Shown here: in pieces, positions 43,824 to 59,587 of the stretch
Layout of the letters: the number at the start of each line of letters is the position of its first letter
Position numbering within the stretch: position 1 is the first letter of the stretch
DNA from: Lingula anatina
Taxonomy: Eukaryota > Animalia > Brachiopoda
Length of the DNA: 64,000 nt
Direction of reading: 5' to 3'
Assembly: GCA_051362555.1 (NCBI GenBank)
Contig: CM120642.1
Span: 30,814,001-30,878,000, forward strand
Position numbers and translations under genes: made by a program
The notes under the pieces: model-generated
What the model was told of the DNA's origin: nothing
What the model saw: only the letters and a program-made list of their open reading frames with translations
Database searches by the model: none

Positions 43824-46800
43824 GTTATACTTTTGTGACTAATATGAAATAAGAGGACCGGATGTCAAATATGTAGATTGTTTATTTTTACTAATTAATT
43901 ACTGATGAGTGGTAAGAGGATAATTTTTTTTTTGTCATATTTGAATTTTTAGAAAATTTCTTTTCACCGACATGAAATCATTAATATGTATATATATCAT
44001 CAACATTTTTGTTTGTTTCATTAAAAGACATCTTTAAAATTGAAGTTAGTTGTTGTTACCTATTAGCTACAGTCAAAAACAAAGAGATCGTATAGTAGAT
44101 GGGTAATTAACCGGAAACCAAATCCACTTCTTTTGTAACATTTGCACATATTTTACAAGTCCCTCATAAAATATGTGAGTTGCTCTTTGTAACAATTGTG
44201 AAATTTCAGTAATTCATCCTTATTTTTAGCCTTTATGCTTCTCCTTTTTTAGTTGGAATGCAAAGAATGCGATTTGAAAGTAGGTGTAAGACATGGATTA
44301 TTAATTTTACTAAAAAAATTGAACTATTTATCAGTGGCCAGGGATGATTCCAAGAAATGAGTCGGCTGTTGAAGAATCAGCGGTGTAACTTTGTCGATAT
44401 GATGAGCACTTTAGGTCTAAATATTGTTACCAATGTTTTGGCATGGTTCAGCAGGCAGAAGAAATTTGGATCTCTTTTGAGAACTTGTGGACATTACATG
44501 GCACTTTGCTATTTAAATTGAATATCATTTTCTAAATATAAAAAAGCTTTTAACAACAAATCCAATTTTTTTACAAGTATTTTATTGTCTCTAATTCACA
44601 TGTATTCATCACTTATACACAAGATACAATTGATACATTTTGATACTATATTGGTATACAGACAACCCGATTAAAACATAACTTATTTAAAAGAGCCATT
44701 CAATCTTTAAATTAATTTTAAACGTCCGCTCCTGCATGTACACGTTGTATTTGTGGTGCAGTTGCTGCTGTTTGTCATCTCCTGAGTTAGGGTCTATAAT
44801 ACATAATTAACAATCAGCAGAAATTGCATCCACCTGTCTGGACCTTGCCTTCCAGCAGGCCAGTTTATCTTCATAATTTTCTTAATCTAAGGCTTCTCAC
44901 GTTTGCTAAATAGATATGGTTGGCAGAAGGTCTCTGTAATATGTATATTTCGGCAAAGTGTTATGGTAAAACGATTTGTCTCTTCCCCCGTTGTAAATTA
45001 ATATTACTGCCTTGCGACATTTCACTCCAACTGCATGCAATATTGTCATGCTTAGTAACATTTCGAAGTTCAAATCTGTTTGACAATTTGCGTTATATAT
45101 TCAGCTGTTACATAGTGTAAAATGTCTGTTTGATCCACTAAGAGAAAATATCACACAAAAACACACAAATACTCCCAAACAGAGGCTCTACATGAAACTT
45201 AAATACGTTATATCATTGACTACAAAGATAAGACTATGACCTGATACAAAAGCAGACAAGAAAATGGCTTTAAAATCATGTAAATTTTAAAGTTATGTGG
45301 CATCATCAATACTAAAATGTAAAAAAATTCAATATTTAATCTTCCCATTAGAACTGCGTCAGTTCATCCAAAATTTCCCCCATTATGATCTAAAACTAAT
45401 TATTTCCCCCCATAAAAATTTTAATTTCCTCCTGAAAAATCTATTCAATATTAAAACCACTGATTTTTAAATTCAAAGGTGAAGGTAAAACTACGATCAA
45501 TTGAGAATTGAATAAAGAAAGATCACCTGCATTTAAAATCTCAATTATAGGTCCAATTCTACTGTTACATGCAGCTAAACATTTATGTACATAATTACAA
45601 GTTGATTTTTCCAATCGTACAGTATTTGACATTGATATATATTCATAAATGCAACCAAAACAGAAGTAGGCATGTCCCAAGATGTTGGTTTCTGACCATT
45701 ATCCTTATCTCCACTGCTTTGCACTTGTTTTTTATTTCTTCAAATAACAACCAATCAATTGTTATTTTTCCCTTGAAATTGACAAGCTGGAAATCAAGCG
45801 GACACATTTTAAGACTTAATGGTTATGTATTTTACCTAGCCTCACAGCCTGCTGAATCTTACTCTAGTTAACTGAAGCTTACCATCTTAAAATTAGTTCA
45901 TCACTTTTTACAGAACGTCCCTGATGTTGATTGTGCAAATCTGATAACTGAGGTCTAGGATAATGACACCGTCTTTAATAATCAAGCTACCAATCCTATT
46001 TGGGCCAACCTTTTTTTGTGTACCTTAATAGAAATATGAAATGTGTGACACCACGTGTATTAATGCCTTTTCCACATAACTTCTACACATGAAGAACTAC
46101 TAGGCATTTACTACTTGAAACACACATCATGGTCAAAAATAAATCACCGTGCTTGAAGAATGTGAGAAATGAAATAGAAAAGTATGTCCACTTCCACTGT
46201 TTTCAAAAGTGAAAACATCCAGCTTTAACTTTACTTTGACTCTTAAGGGGGATGGGGGGGGGGGGGGGGGGTTCAGAGGTAGGCATAAAAGCATTTTTGC
46301 AGACTTGGATTAATTTCCCCAAGATGAGGTTTTGTTAAAAGGATTGAGGTAGATCAACACTTAAGAGACAATTAAAACAAGTCTGCTTTGGAGGTGGGGT
46401 GGGTAGGGGTAGGGGAGAGAGAGAGAGAGAGAGCTTAAAATTGCTGTAATCTGTTATTTCTGCTTACTGTACGCTAATGCCCCATATTGTAGACATTACT
46501 GAATAGAAAGAGCTGACTAATTTCCTGTTCTTTTACTGTACGAGGTTTTTATAAGCATTTTCCACCTGAGGTGCTTAGATAATAAAAAATAATAATTATA
46601 ACTGGTTCTGGTACTTATATATATTTCTCCTGAGAAAAGCTGGTTTGTGAGGTATTACTAACTTGTGCTAGTGCAATAAGCCTGCAGCAACTGTGAAACC
46701 AACATCATGGACACAAGAAGCTTCCAGCATAAACATTATACATATAAAACTAACAATAATTAGGAATCTTAGACCTGCAAATGAAAACTAACACAGGTAA

Positions 46801-49704
46801 CAAAAGCAACCTGTCTGGATTTTTTTTTTTTTTTTTTTTTGGGGGGGGGGGGGGGGTAATCACAGGAAAGTTACACCACAATTACAAAGAATTTGGAGGC
46901 CTTTGTGATCAGTTTGTTCTCAAACTTTCATGAAATATGAAATCCTAACAATTTACCACTGGACATTCCCAGCCCACACATGATGTGAACAGACCACATT
47001 CAAAGGTCATTTCAATAAAGATTTTCTTCTTTTTTCCTCTCCAACTGATCACCACAGATAATTTAATCCAGGAACCAGGCTGTTTTTTTTAAATCATATG
47101 GTGCTTTTTATATCATGATGAACGTATGGACTTGCGCTTTGTGGTCTAATAATCAAGTACCACTAATAGCAAATTTTTCCACAAACAAAACATTAAATAT
47201 CATGCACAAAAATTAATTGGTCTCATAGTGCAGCTTTTCACTTGTTTAGCAAGGTTTCAGTTTATCCAGACATTACAACGTGGTAATTCTATTCATATCA
47301 TTAAATAGCATAGGACCTAATATATGGCCACATAAATCCATAATTAAATTCCTTTTTACAACCCCCTCCCCCCCCCCCCCCCCAAAAAAAAAGAAAAAAT
47401 GCATACAGAAGTTTAAGAAAAGCTGCTCCCAGAAATGATCAACACTTTTACTGACAATTTCCTACTTACTAGAGCATCACAATTAAGCACCTCTTAAATT
47501 TATTTTTCAGTACTTCATTGATTCAATAATGATTCAAATGATGACAATTATGTATGTGCACATCTACTGATAAAATATCATAGCTACTAATATATATATA
47601 TATATGTATATGTAAAAGCACATTTATATGGTATATTACAGAATAACATATTTAGGTCAGTGTGACACATGGTTTTGCACATATACATTGAACAGTGTAC
47701 AGAACACAGGGCTATACTTCTACATATCTACATGTAATGAATTAAATACCCGTAGTACCCGTAATAATGTTTTGCGAACCTTTTACACTCTCTCCTCATA
47801 CACCAATATAATTTTTAACCACTGGGACAAAAAAAAAAAAAATTCAGCAACAGAAAGAATATGAACAACTTAAATAGCTGGTGAACAGTATCGCAACTGA
47901 AATTTTGCATTCAATTACTTACATTTAGGAAAGGGTGTCTATGTGTATTTTACAGGGCAACATTTCAGGTACCTATTAACTCAAAAGGCAAGAGAGTGAA
48001 CAAAATGCACCAATTAGTCATTTTCCTTCAGCATCAACTTTGTATTATAGCTGATTACAGCATAGAGTTTTCCTTTGCCAATGTGGATATAAAAGGGAAT
48101 ATGGTTAATAGAACAAGCCATACTGTGTCATCAGGGTCTCCAAAGCACTTCAGACAGGAGACAACAATACCACTGGCTATTTGGTAAGTGCTTAATCTGT
48201 AACCAGAAAGACGACCACCTAATTTGTGTTCAGTGTGATTTTCTTGGCTGCTTGATGATTCTACTGAAGGGAAAACGACAAATGAAATGCACTTTGTTAC
48301 TCCAGATTTCTCTAGCATGACAGCTTCATGTATGACTATAAATCCAACCAAGAATCTGCATGGGCTTAATGCAATAATGACACGTCTTTTGGAGGCAGTT
48401 TACATACATAAAACATATCAACAAAGTTCACCAATAAATGTTGACATTATTACAAGATGGAACACATACGGTTAAAAACAATTCAAAATCTAAGTGGGAG
48501 AGTAAATTAGGGGGTAACTTAACATGCCATTTTTCCAGGCACCACTAAAAATAGAGAAGCCCTGCTTATAAAAAAATCCTAAATGTAACGTCTAACAGAG
48601 GAACTATTTACTGAACAAAATTAACTAAAAAAAGATTTTTCATGTATAAACATCTGATAAAAAGACCTATTACAGATTAATCCATGTGACCATCCCTATC
48701 AATGAAAGAAGATTTTTCACTGGTTAACGTGAGCCTGGTCATGTTCCACTGCTGTAAGAAGGACAGGGATTGGGTGTTCAATGAACTACACCACAGCTTC
48801 AGTGTAGCAGTTAATCTGTGCAATACTATAGTCGAAAGACTCCTTAGTGTTAATAATTTCATCATTTTTGTCCCAATCCATTTTTAGAGTTCAAAAATAG
48901 GCATGACTAGGGCTAGTATGGCATCTCCAAAGTTTGCTCATCTTCTTCATTCTTCCGCAAACCTTGTAGACCAGTATGTGTAAAATCTTGCCTCACCAAC
49001 CACTGTTGAAACAGTCCTGGCTGACAACACTACAGATGAAAAAAAAAGTTCTTGTTTCAACCATTTCTGTCCACCTTGAGTTGATAATGTAAGAGCATGC
49101 CCCAGTGTGACAGAGAAGTGTGAGAAGACTTGTCGGTCATTGCGTTAGCTGTGACAGAAATTGTGTTGGATTTCAATAGGGGATGAGGTCTCAGTGGTGT
49201 GAAATGTCATTATGTTGTGAAAAACATTTCTCCCTCCTTCACTCTAGTCTCAACATTCCACATCTATTGTTCCTTTAAGAAAGGGAACCACTGGCATTCA
49301 GAATTGGTATCATTTCTGTATGATACCAGTCTTTATAAATCACCAGATTTAAATCCCTGTGGCTTCTTTCACCCGTATATATATATAAGTTTCTATCTTC
49401 GTAACTGTATTCTCTCCGTATGAAGTTATCCTACATTGTTACTCTGCTTTCTGTGCTCCTTGTCATCAAGTAACAATTAGGACCCTTCAAAATATTCATT
49501 TTGAGAGTTCTTTTCATTCATTAATATCACTTTAAGGTCTACACATTGATAAACAACTTTTTATCAGTCCTATCTGACAGCTGTTTGTATCCTCCTTCAT
49601 CCCTTTCCTCTGTTTATCTCTATAAAATAATATCATGATATTATAATACTTGAGGGTGCGCCATGAGACCCGTTTCCCTCCATTTTACGATGATCAAGCC
49701 CGTG

Positions 49705-50011
49705 CTACGATGCGATTGGTGTAAAAGAGTTAGGGGTGCATTCCATGCTACTCTCTAGTGATCCTTTTGAGGAACCTTTGCCACTGCGGGTGCCCTTTGG
49801 AGCTGCTGCGGGCTGAGGCTGCCCCACGGGACCTAGAAATCACAACACCTTTCAATCATATGATGATACTTTATTAGAGATGCCAAAAGCATCTGCATGT
49901 CATGTGGGAGGTAAAGAAAGACCACTGAAGATTAATGTGTATATGTATAAAACTGGCTTATAATGCATTAAAAGAAAAATTGAAGCAATATTGTCCATCT
50001 ATATTGGTTGC

Positions 50012-50052
<41 letters not shown>

Positions 50053-53000
50053 TGCATGTATGTGTGTGTGCGTGCGTGCATGCATGCATGCTTTGGCATA
50101 TGCATGTCTGACAAATGCTCCCATTGGCAATCATCAAATGGAAAAAACTCTTCGGTAAAAACTGTCCTAGAATGCCCCACTATACCAAAGCTTCCCTGAC
50201 TCACCAGTATGTGTGTGTATGTACCACAGTGCTCCCGTCAGTAAGACACCAATGACAAATGCTGCAAATGCTATGCCCACCACTGTCCCTGACTCCAGGC
50301 CATACACTATATGAGTAGGCTGCTGCTTGCCCTTGGAGCTGTCTGTGTGTAAACGGGTGGCTGGCCCGTCACTAGGGATTGGGAGACCTGGAACAGAAAA
50401 TACACTGGGCATTAGCTAGCTAAATTATTGGCTAAATTCTAAGTCAGAATGAGAAGAGTAAGGAGTGGTGAAATGGATGCAGCACTTAAAGGAAAGATTC
50501 AATTCTATTATAAAGTTCACACCCACAGTCTTGAAGTCAGCTACATGTATATGGTGGCTGTAATGTAGTCTACTGTTGTAGCCCTTTTTCCGAAAATTTG
50601 CTTGTTATATGGATCACTGCTTTCGCGAAAAAGTGTGTGTGTGTGTGTGTGTGTGCGTGTGTGCATGCATGCATGCGTGCGTGCGTGCGTGCGGATTAAG
50701 TATTGAAGTGTGTGTGGATTAAGTATAGACACTAAAAGTTGAGCAAATTTTCAAACTTTTACCCCACATTACCTTGTTACAAGGTTCAAAACTACATAAG
50801 AACTTCCACTTACTTGGTATTCTTGGCTTAGTGGGGATGACAGTTGTGCTACTCCTGACCCTCTCTATTTGTACTATCGGCCCTGCATACACCACTTTGC
50901 TGTACTCAGAGGGGGCCTGGAAGGCTGGTTCCTGCCCCTCCCCTACAGTCATACGTGACGTCAGACACATCTTACCAGGGGGCATACACTGAAATGATAC
51001 CACGACGATAAACCATCTTATCAAGCACTTGGTTCATACATGAAAAGCAAATCACTAAAATGTTCAGTACATGTCTGACATCTTTTCTCACTGAATAGTT
51101 ATCAGGTAATAAAAGTGTGTTACTTTTTACCTTCCTCACTGGCGGATTCCTGTTACTCCTCCCGTCTCGACTACATGTGTCCACCTCGCAGTTCAAGAAA
51201 GCTATATTTTTCCGCGACAGCCGTGCAAACTCAAAGCTGAACCTTTGCTGTCTGATCCAGAGAGACTCCAGAATGTTCTTCCCAGTCCCTTTGGTCAGCC
51301 ATTTTAAGGTATCATCCATCTTGCAGCCCCTGTCAAATAGCATTACCTTGTCACGCTCTCCGTAAGCGGTGTCCGAGAGCCAGCAGCCCAGCAGCATGGG
51401 CTGGATAATGGCGTCTGAAAAACAGAGAAAAAGGAACTTGAAACTTAACATAAATGGCTCTTGAAGCTCATGAATGTGTTGTATAAATGGAAAACTATTT
51501 CATATTATGCTTGTCTTCAGTATGAAATGGCTGCTTCCATATTTGACAGGATGCCAAATAAAAACAGAGAGGTGACAGCACAAGTGAAATTATTTACATT
51601 TTAACTTTTACATATACGTTTGAATTTTAGGTTTTAATCTCCGTTTTGTACACAGCTCTGAAAAGAACAAGGAGCACACTTATATTATTATTATTATTAT
51701 TATTATACATAACAATGCTTTCAGTGGTTGATGAGTTCGCAAAATTACTGCAATTATCAAATCCCAGTGCATACACAATTTACACATATTCAGACAAAGT
51801 TTTTCCTGGATTATGGCCATAAACCATCTCCCCATACACATACCTCCAATTACATCCACTCCAACAAAGATGGTGCCCCCCTGTTCAACCTGCAGCGGTG
51901 AAGAGACCTCTGGCTGGATGAACTGGTCATCCTTGTAGAAGGACAGCTTGAAGCCCAGCTCAGGCAAACTGTCCCCTCGGATCACATTGGTGGACTGCAA
52001 TGAAAAAACACCGCTCAACTCAGGCTACAGATCATGCCAATAGCTGAGATACCATTTCAGAATCTTCTCTTATATATCAATAGATGAAGGAATTAGTTTT
52101 GATAATTTTCCTAAATGAACTCTTGGCACACATAAGTCTTTATTATTAAGTTATATATTTAGTTGTATGTTGTATTTCTTTAGTTAAATGTTGTATTTCT
52201 TTCCTGTTCATTTGTTTATAGGTAAATGTGATGTATCCTTGTACTTTGTGTATTTTTTAGAATGTTCCTTTGCAATGTCAACAAAATGTTTCTCACCGTA
52301 TTTTTGTCCACAAAATACCTAGGCATACATCTAAATTCTTTATGTATGACAAGGTCATATATAGTCAAGTCTTCATCATCACTGTAATATGTACCATCCA
52401 GAGACGAAAAACCAGAGCCTTCATTGTGATCATCTGGCACCTGTCTACCATTGCGCCAATTTATTATTTCATCATCCCTTTGGCGCCTATGTATTATAAC
52501 CTGCAAAAATCAAATGAAATTTAAGCTGACTCTTGGAGAAAAGATAGCTAACTTAAATGACCTTTGGTACTTTTGATCTCACATGATCTCAATCCATGTT
52601 CTTGAAAATTAAAAGTGTTATTCTTGTTGAAAAAACTGATAATTCAATATACCATCCAAACTAACAGCTATGCAAAGTCAAAAAATACAAACCAAATTCT
52701 GATCTCTATCACAAAAACTCTACAAGAAGACTGTTCAAGTCCAACCCAGCTATGTCAATTACTGTCCCCAGGATAAACTTGACTGCATACTTACTGAGTT
52801 GACATAGCTCCTCAAGCCTGTGTCTTTGTTCCTCTTCAGCACCGTCCGACACTGATGGTAACCCGTCTTAAAAATGAAATGTGTGGCATTTTCTTCCGGA
52901 CGACATTTGTCATCCACCAGGGACAGCTGCTCGGCCCTCACCCCACAGGGCTGAAATGATATTATCATATTTATTTCTATGACCTCAGGCCCCAGTAACT

Positions 53001-56000
53001 TGTTACAGCACCCTCATAGAAATCCTACTCAACTAAGCCGGGAATCGACTTAGATTTTTTTTTTTATTCTATTTTTTTTTTTTTTTTTTTTTTTTTGTGA
53101 AACCGGGCCAAATTGAATAACAAATAATCCCCTTATGATCTAAAAAGTACAGCATCAAGGAATATTTCTAAAACATAGTTAACTCTTGTATCAATATATT
53201 TTCATTCAAAAAATTCTACGCAATCCTGTTCATTTTTGATATAACCACACATAGCGAACAAAAGTATAGCAGTACTAGTAACTGGTGCTCACATTTACGT
53301 ACCCTCATGATACAAGTTCCATTTATAACAAATCATCCTCTATATCATTCCAAAATTAAATACCTGCAGAACCAGCTTGTCTAACGTGGCCTCGAGATCC
53401 TGCTCATTGCACGCTACTTTCAATGCATGCTGGAGAGCCGTTTTCGTCAAATCTCTGTTGATAAAAGGGGATTTAAGTCCATGTCCCGTGGGTCCGCGAC
53501 TTCTGGAACGAGATGAGGTAGCCATTCGGGACCTCGAGGTAGTGGTGCTGGAGGTGGTGGTGGTTGAAGTAGTTGGAGTGGTTGGGGTGGTGTCTGGAAA
53601 GAGTTGAAAAGGCAATTTCATTTATAAAGACATATATCTCATATCTCAAGATATACTCATCAATGCTTTGATAATGGCCAATCTCTTTACTAGGCACTTT
53701 CAAATTTTCAGAATAAATATCACTGTCCACTTAAGATTCTGTGATTACTGGGAGAGAGAACTTCAGACAATAAAGAGCACAAAGAGAAAAGTAAACCTAT
53801 ATACTGATTCAAAATATTAAAAGCATCACTATTCCTCTGAGAGAAAACTCAAGTATATTTAGTGAAATCAATTATCTCAGTTGTATTTCTGGAAGAGAAC
53901 AATTGATCAACTTACTCAGAATCTGAACATCTTTGACCAGTAAGTTCATTCTGTTGGCGATCTGCACCTCAGTGTACGAGACGATCGGCCCATACTGCCT
54001 CTCTGACCAGCTGATCAGCTCCTCTCGACTACGATTTAATTCGTCATACTGGATGGTGGTGTGCATTTTTACTCCATTTCTGCTGATGCTGCGGTTTGCC
54101 TGAATGAACACATATGGACGTTTTACATTAGGGTGCCTGGATAGGGTGTAATATGCAATGAACGTAAAATGAAAAGGTTTGACAGTTTCTATCTACCCAA
54201 GAAAAAAAAAGAAAAAAAAAAGGTCTAGATAACTTTGCACATTCAACCTACAGTGTTTCAGCAACCATGGCCAACATGCATCATTAATATCACTCTTTAA
54301 CTTTTTGAGTCATGCAGTAAAATGATAAACCAACAAAGGCAAACACATAACCTCCATGGCAGAGGCAATGATCACTAACTAAGACCTTACCACAATTTCT
54401 AGACGCCCAACGAGGTTCTTGGTCTTGATATGCCAGCTGATGTCCTGATGAGCTTTCAGAATCAGAAGGAGATCCCTACTGATGCTGCGCTCCTTCTCCG
54501 TCACTATGTTGATGGTGACACTTGCACCCTCCCTGGCCACTGGGGCTGAAGAATGGAGTTCTATGATGTGAATGTCCCTGAGGAAGAAAAAGAAAAAGAT
54601 GAATTCCGATTTTTTACATGGAATTTCAAAATCTTAAAACTCAAACTTGCCCCCCCCCCCCCCCCCCCCCCCATACCTTGACACTGAGGCTGAATAGTGG
54701 GACTCGTGAATACAAAAAAGTAAGAAAGAAAGGGAGAGATTGATATTTTGATATTTTTTCCCTGGAATTTCTAGAATTGTTGTGACCATAAAGAATGAAG
54801 TTTGTGGACTAAGAAAAGCACATACAGCACTTGTCTTTCTGTCTTTATCTCTTACACTATATTAAAAGAAAAGAACTGTTTATGTGACAATTTTTACAAA
54901 AAACTCTATGACTGATGTTTTTTTCAAAGCGCATGTACAAAAATTTTTCAAAGCTCATCTACAAAAATATAAGGAGTTGTAATTCTTAAATCAAGAACTC
55001 AAAGTTGTAATGAACCTTTTCATACATATGGGATGAATGTTCTAAAGTTATATAATTTTGTACGCTTAATGCTACAGACTAAATCACTGGGAAAAAAATG
55101 AAATTGAAAAAATTGAAACTGAACAAAAAATCAAACACAGCTTGCCATTTATGTTCAAATATTTACAAGCTCTTCAACAAGTTCAGGTCACATATGCTTT
55201 TTTAAAGTTTATACCCATCACTCTTCTGTACTACTGGAGTGGGTGCTTAAGTGAAGACGTGTGCTTATCAAAAATGCTATCAGCAAACATCTTTTTCATG
55301 TCGTATAAAATATGACATTTACCACCTTTTTGAGACAGCAAGTGACAGAAGTGTTATTTGTTGTTGTTGTTGTGTTAAACTAAACTGATTATATCACAGC
55401 TGTTTTAGCAAGGTCAATATTGAAATATGGCAATGTTCCCCATTACCTAACCAGCCAAAACCCCGTTATCTCATAACAGTCACAATCAGTCCAAAATGCA
55501 AAATGCTTGAAAAAATAAATAAACAGAGGCAGACCTTCACCTGTTGTAAAACTAGGCCAAGTCAGAGTACTTTAACAAAAAACAAAAGGTTAGCAAAGCA
55601 GCCAGGGTTAAAAAAGGGAAAAACAAAAGCATGTTAACGTTGGCCCCTAGGGAGCCCATTATTTTATCTGTGAAAGCAATCTAGTACACCATTGGCAAGC
55701 ACATTCCCCAGCACTGAATTGTGACATAAGATTTAAATATGGGGAAACCACAACAATTGACTTAGTAAAGGTCAGTGATTTATGAGTTCAACAGTAATGT
55801 CATCTAGGAATACATCTTGCTTTCACCTTGTTCAAGTGACTGGCTAGTGAATGTTTAATTTTATTTATTTATTTATTTATTTATTTTGTGTAGGGACAAC
55901 TTTATTGAAATTTCAGTTGCCAAAGTGACAATGTTCCCCAGTTCCTGGAAACAGTTCTCAGATAAAGGGGACTTGGTGTTACAATGTACTGGTGTAAACA

Positions 56001-59000
56001 ACTAGATCAATGGACACCTTATCTCAGGTTAATAATTATCTTCAGAATAATTTAACAGCTAACTAACTAGGAACTAAATATACTGGCCAGGGATAAACTA
56101 TGTGGACTCAGTTGAAAGGACTGCTTGTCACAGTATGACGTTTTTACCGCAAAAGCGAACAGAACACAGTTAATCAATGAAGGACACATCCTGTAAAAGA
56201 TGATCCGTTTTTGTATAACCAGCATGGTTATAACTTTACATAGACTGAAAAAAATTCAATTTACCCTCTTATTTAGGAAAATTATTTTTTCATTTCACGA
56301 TGAAAACTTTTGTTGTGCACTACCAGCAGTGAAAATATCACACATCCTGGTTTGCCCTTAACAGATGTTGACTTCACTTTTTTCAATTTCAATAATTTTG
56401 GTTGCTGATTTTATTTTACTTTTTTTTCGTTTTCAAAAGGTTTGATGCAATAATTAACTTTTCATCTTTGACATTTTTCACCTAGTAACATCAGATAGCT
56501 ATTTATTTTATTAATTCATTTCATAAATAACTAAATAATCATATCAAAATTATCTACATTATGCCTTAAAGGGATAACAACTTCACTTTGGCAAAAAAAA
56601 TAATAAATAAAAGATTTTCCTGGGGTATACCATTTTCCATACTTACCAATGGTAAATGGATCCATTCAATATCAGTCCCTGTTTTTTTCTAAAAAGTTTT
56701 TTTTTAATCAAAACTCTAAGTCTATTATTATGGAGATATAGCCATCTACGAAGGTCCACATGGTCTGCAAGCACAGATTCCAGAATAATTACACTAACCA
56801 CTGTTTTGGTGATAAAATGTTTACAATGTATTTATTGTGAATTATGAATCTCATATGAACAGTTTGTTATCCCTTTAAGGTCACTGAGTCAAAGCAGTTA
56901 TAACAATAACTATCTTCTGATATTTCATTTCTGTCAAATAGAATAAAACTATTTTCTGGGTTAAGGAACTAAAAACAATATACACAGCTATCACTGATCT
57001 TTTTCTCCACACTTCACCTAAATACTTAAAAGTACACCCTAATGATTAAAAATATCTAATTTTAATATCACAGGGTAAACACCCACAAATACTGCATTTT
57101 TCCAAGAAATAAACCAGCATATATTCATAATAATTGGAAATTTGAATTACTGCTTCTGAACATAACAATATATTAAATCACAATCCAACACTAAGAGCCC
57201 CTCCCAGTGTCCCTATGTCATAGGAAAATTTAATGTGGACTTGCAAAGGCAACTGTATACCTGAATTACATCTTAGTTATTTCATTTCACATTTCCACCT
57301 AATAAATGACCAGAGATAGTGTTTTATTTACAGCCCGTTACTATCCAGGAAACAGTACACAAAAGCAAGCAAATAAAACAGATGAAACAGTTGCAAAATA
57401 GGGAGTATGCACTGTTTGGATCTTGCCTGAAGGCAAATCCTAGAACCTAACACATCACTTAAAACTATTAGCTTGGTCCTATAGGATTCCTTAGGAATAT
57501 GGCTCAATGGGATCCTATAGAAACTTATAGAATCCTATAGGACTCTTTCGTTAGGGCAGTTCCCTAAATAAAACAGAAGGTGTGCTTCCCAACTCACTGT
57601 GATATGAATTGTGTGTCATATTTGTGAAAACACATCACAGAATCCCATACGTTGTGGTAGCAGAAAGTGTACTCACTGCTTTGACATTCCCTCCCTAGAG
57701 GTCTCTGCACACCCTGACATGGGCTGGGGCTGAATGTATGCCGCAACGGAGCTGGAAGATTCAAATGGCTTCTGAAAGATACAGCTGCTGGGAGATTCGG
57801 GAGCTGAAAAAGAAGAAAGATGAAATTATATCAGATGGAAAATTAAAATGTAGTAGAAGCATATTAAATTTCATGTTAGTTGGTGGGATGTAGCTCATTG
57901 TATGAAAACTTTTACTATGACAGAACATCTTTTTTATTCCATTCAATATAACACAGTCAAGATTCAAACTGCCCATGATTTCCAAAATGCAAGTGATATT
58001 ATTTTGTCTGGTATAAATGAGAAATGTTTAACTGTACTTCACCAACTTCACAGAATTAATAAATTTTTTTAGTAATAACCAATCATCACTAAAACTCTTC
58101 TTAAGTCACCCATTTCTTCTCTCGTAGAAAGAATGCGGTTTTATGTCTCCACTGATTTCTTCTCTTGGCTTAAGATGCATCAAGATCTATAGGAAATTAA
58201 GAAAGCTAATCTACTTACCAATGCCAACTTGTTTGAAGACATTGTTTCCATTCATGACCTCCATCAAAGATGTCACGGCATGGAACTTGCGCTCAGACCA
58301 CTGTAGTAGGGTCTTACTGTCAGCTGGCATATTCTGGCGGCGCTCATTCTGCTTTTTAACGATATACGTGTCACCTGATATCCGCGATCCCGGAGACAGC
58401 TGAAAAGACAATGATAAAATAAATGTTAGTTAATCAATATTTATAGGATGAGGATTTTAAAGTGGCAACAATTAATAATGAGATCACCAGCAAAATCCAA
58501 TCAATTCTAAATTGGCTCACTTTTGACCTATAGATCTTAAAAATTTTATCAAAATCTTCCCATATTTTTTTAGTCAAGCTATTAATGAACAAACAAACAA
58601 AAGTAAAAAAAAAAAAAAACAAACCTCTCTGGCTAAGGTAATTAGAGTGCTGTGTAACATTATATTATAAAGTTCAAAGATGATGTTTGTAAGTTGAAAG
58701 CAATGAGTGATCTACTGAATGGTAAAAAAATAACTTTCGGTGGAAAGATCGTCTTCCAACAAACACTATTTTTACACAACATTGATATCATATTAATACA
58801 AAGTCGTAATGTCTTAGGATAAATATAAACTGAGCGCGGTTTTGTGGAAAGAATGCGTGTTGTTCTGTTTCCAGTAGATTTCATTTAACCCAGATAAAGC
58901 ATTTCTTTTATATGATGTGTTTAATAACACTAATCTAAAAACACCATTCCTGTGACAAAAGGTTACATTACAAAAGCTTTTTAAAGCTACAATTTTAAAA

Positions 59001-59509
59001 ACCTAAGCTATATTTGTGAAAGTACAATAGGCAATGGCAAAGAGCAATTTAACTAAAAGCCAATTTTTTAAAGGCTTTCTCTGAAGTACCTTGTAAACTT
59101 AGGTGTGTTCTTGGAAAAATAACAATTAATAAAGAAGGTTATTTTTCTAATCAATAGAGCTCTTTAACAGCATCTCTTAGGAATCAAACTTCTGAGGCCT
59201 TGAAAATGTGAAGGTATTGTTCTGTAGCCTGGTTCTACTGAAATGGTATTTTAACATTCATCTTCCAAGCTGCAACAAATGTGCTGTTCATGTGTATCAC
59301 TTGTATTTCAAGGTATACGTTACATGCCACAAACATCACACCGTTACTACCCACATTACAACCTCTCTCTTCATATCTTGGCATCGTTATGAGACATGTA
59401 AGCAAAATAATCCTTTTATTTATCTTTATTTTATTTGGGGGGGGGGGGGGGGGGGTAGGGGCTTGAGTTTTTTTTAAACATTCACAGACCAAATAAATAA
59501 ACAAACAAA

Positions 59510-59587
<78 letters not shown>

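Noticed and set aside
52989-53109. Harbinger-like MITE remnant (GGCCCAGT...GTGAAACCGGGCC)
   Set aside because: The inverted repeat is too short and degenerate to support a call.
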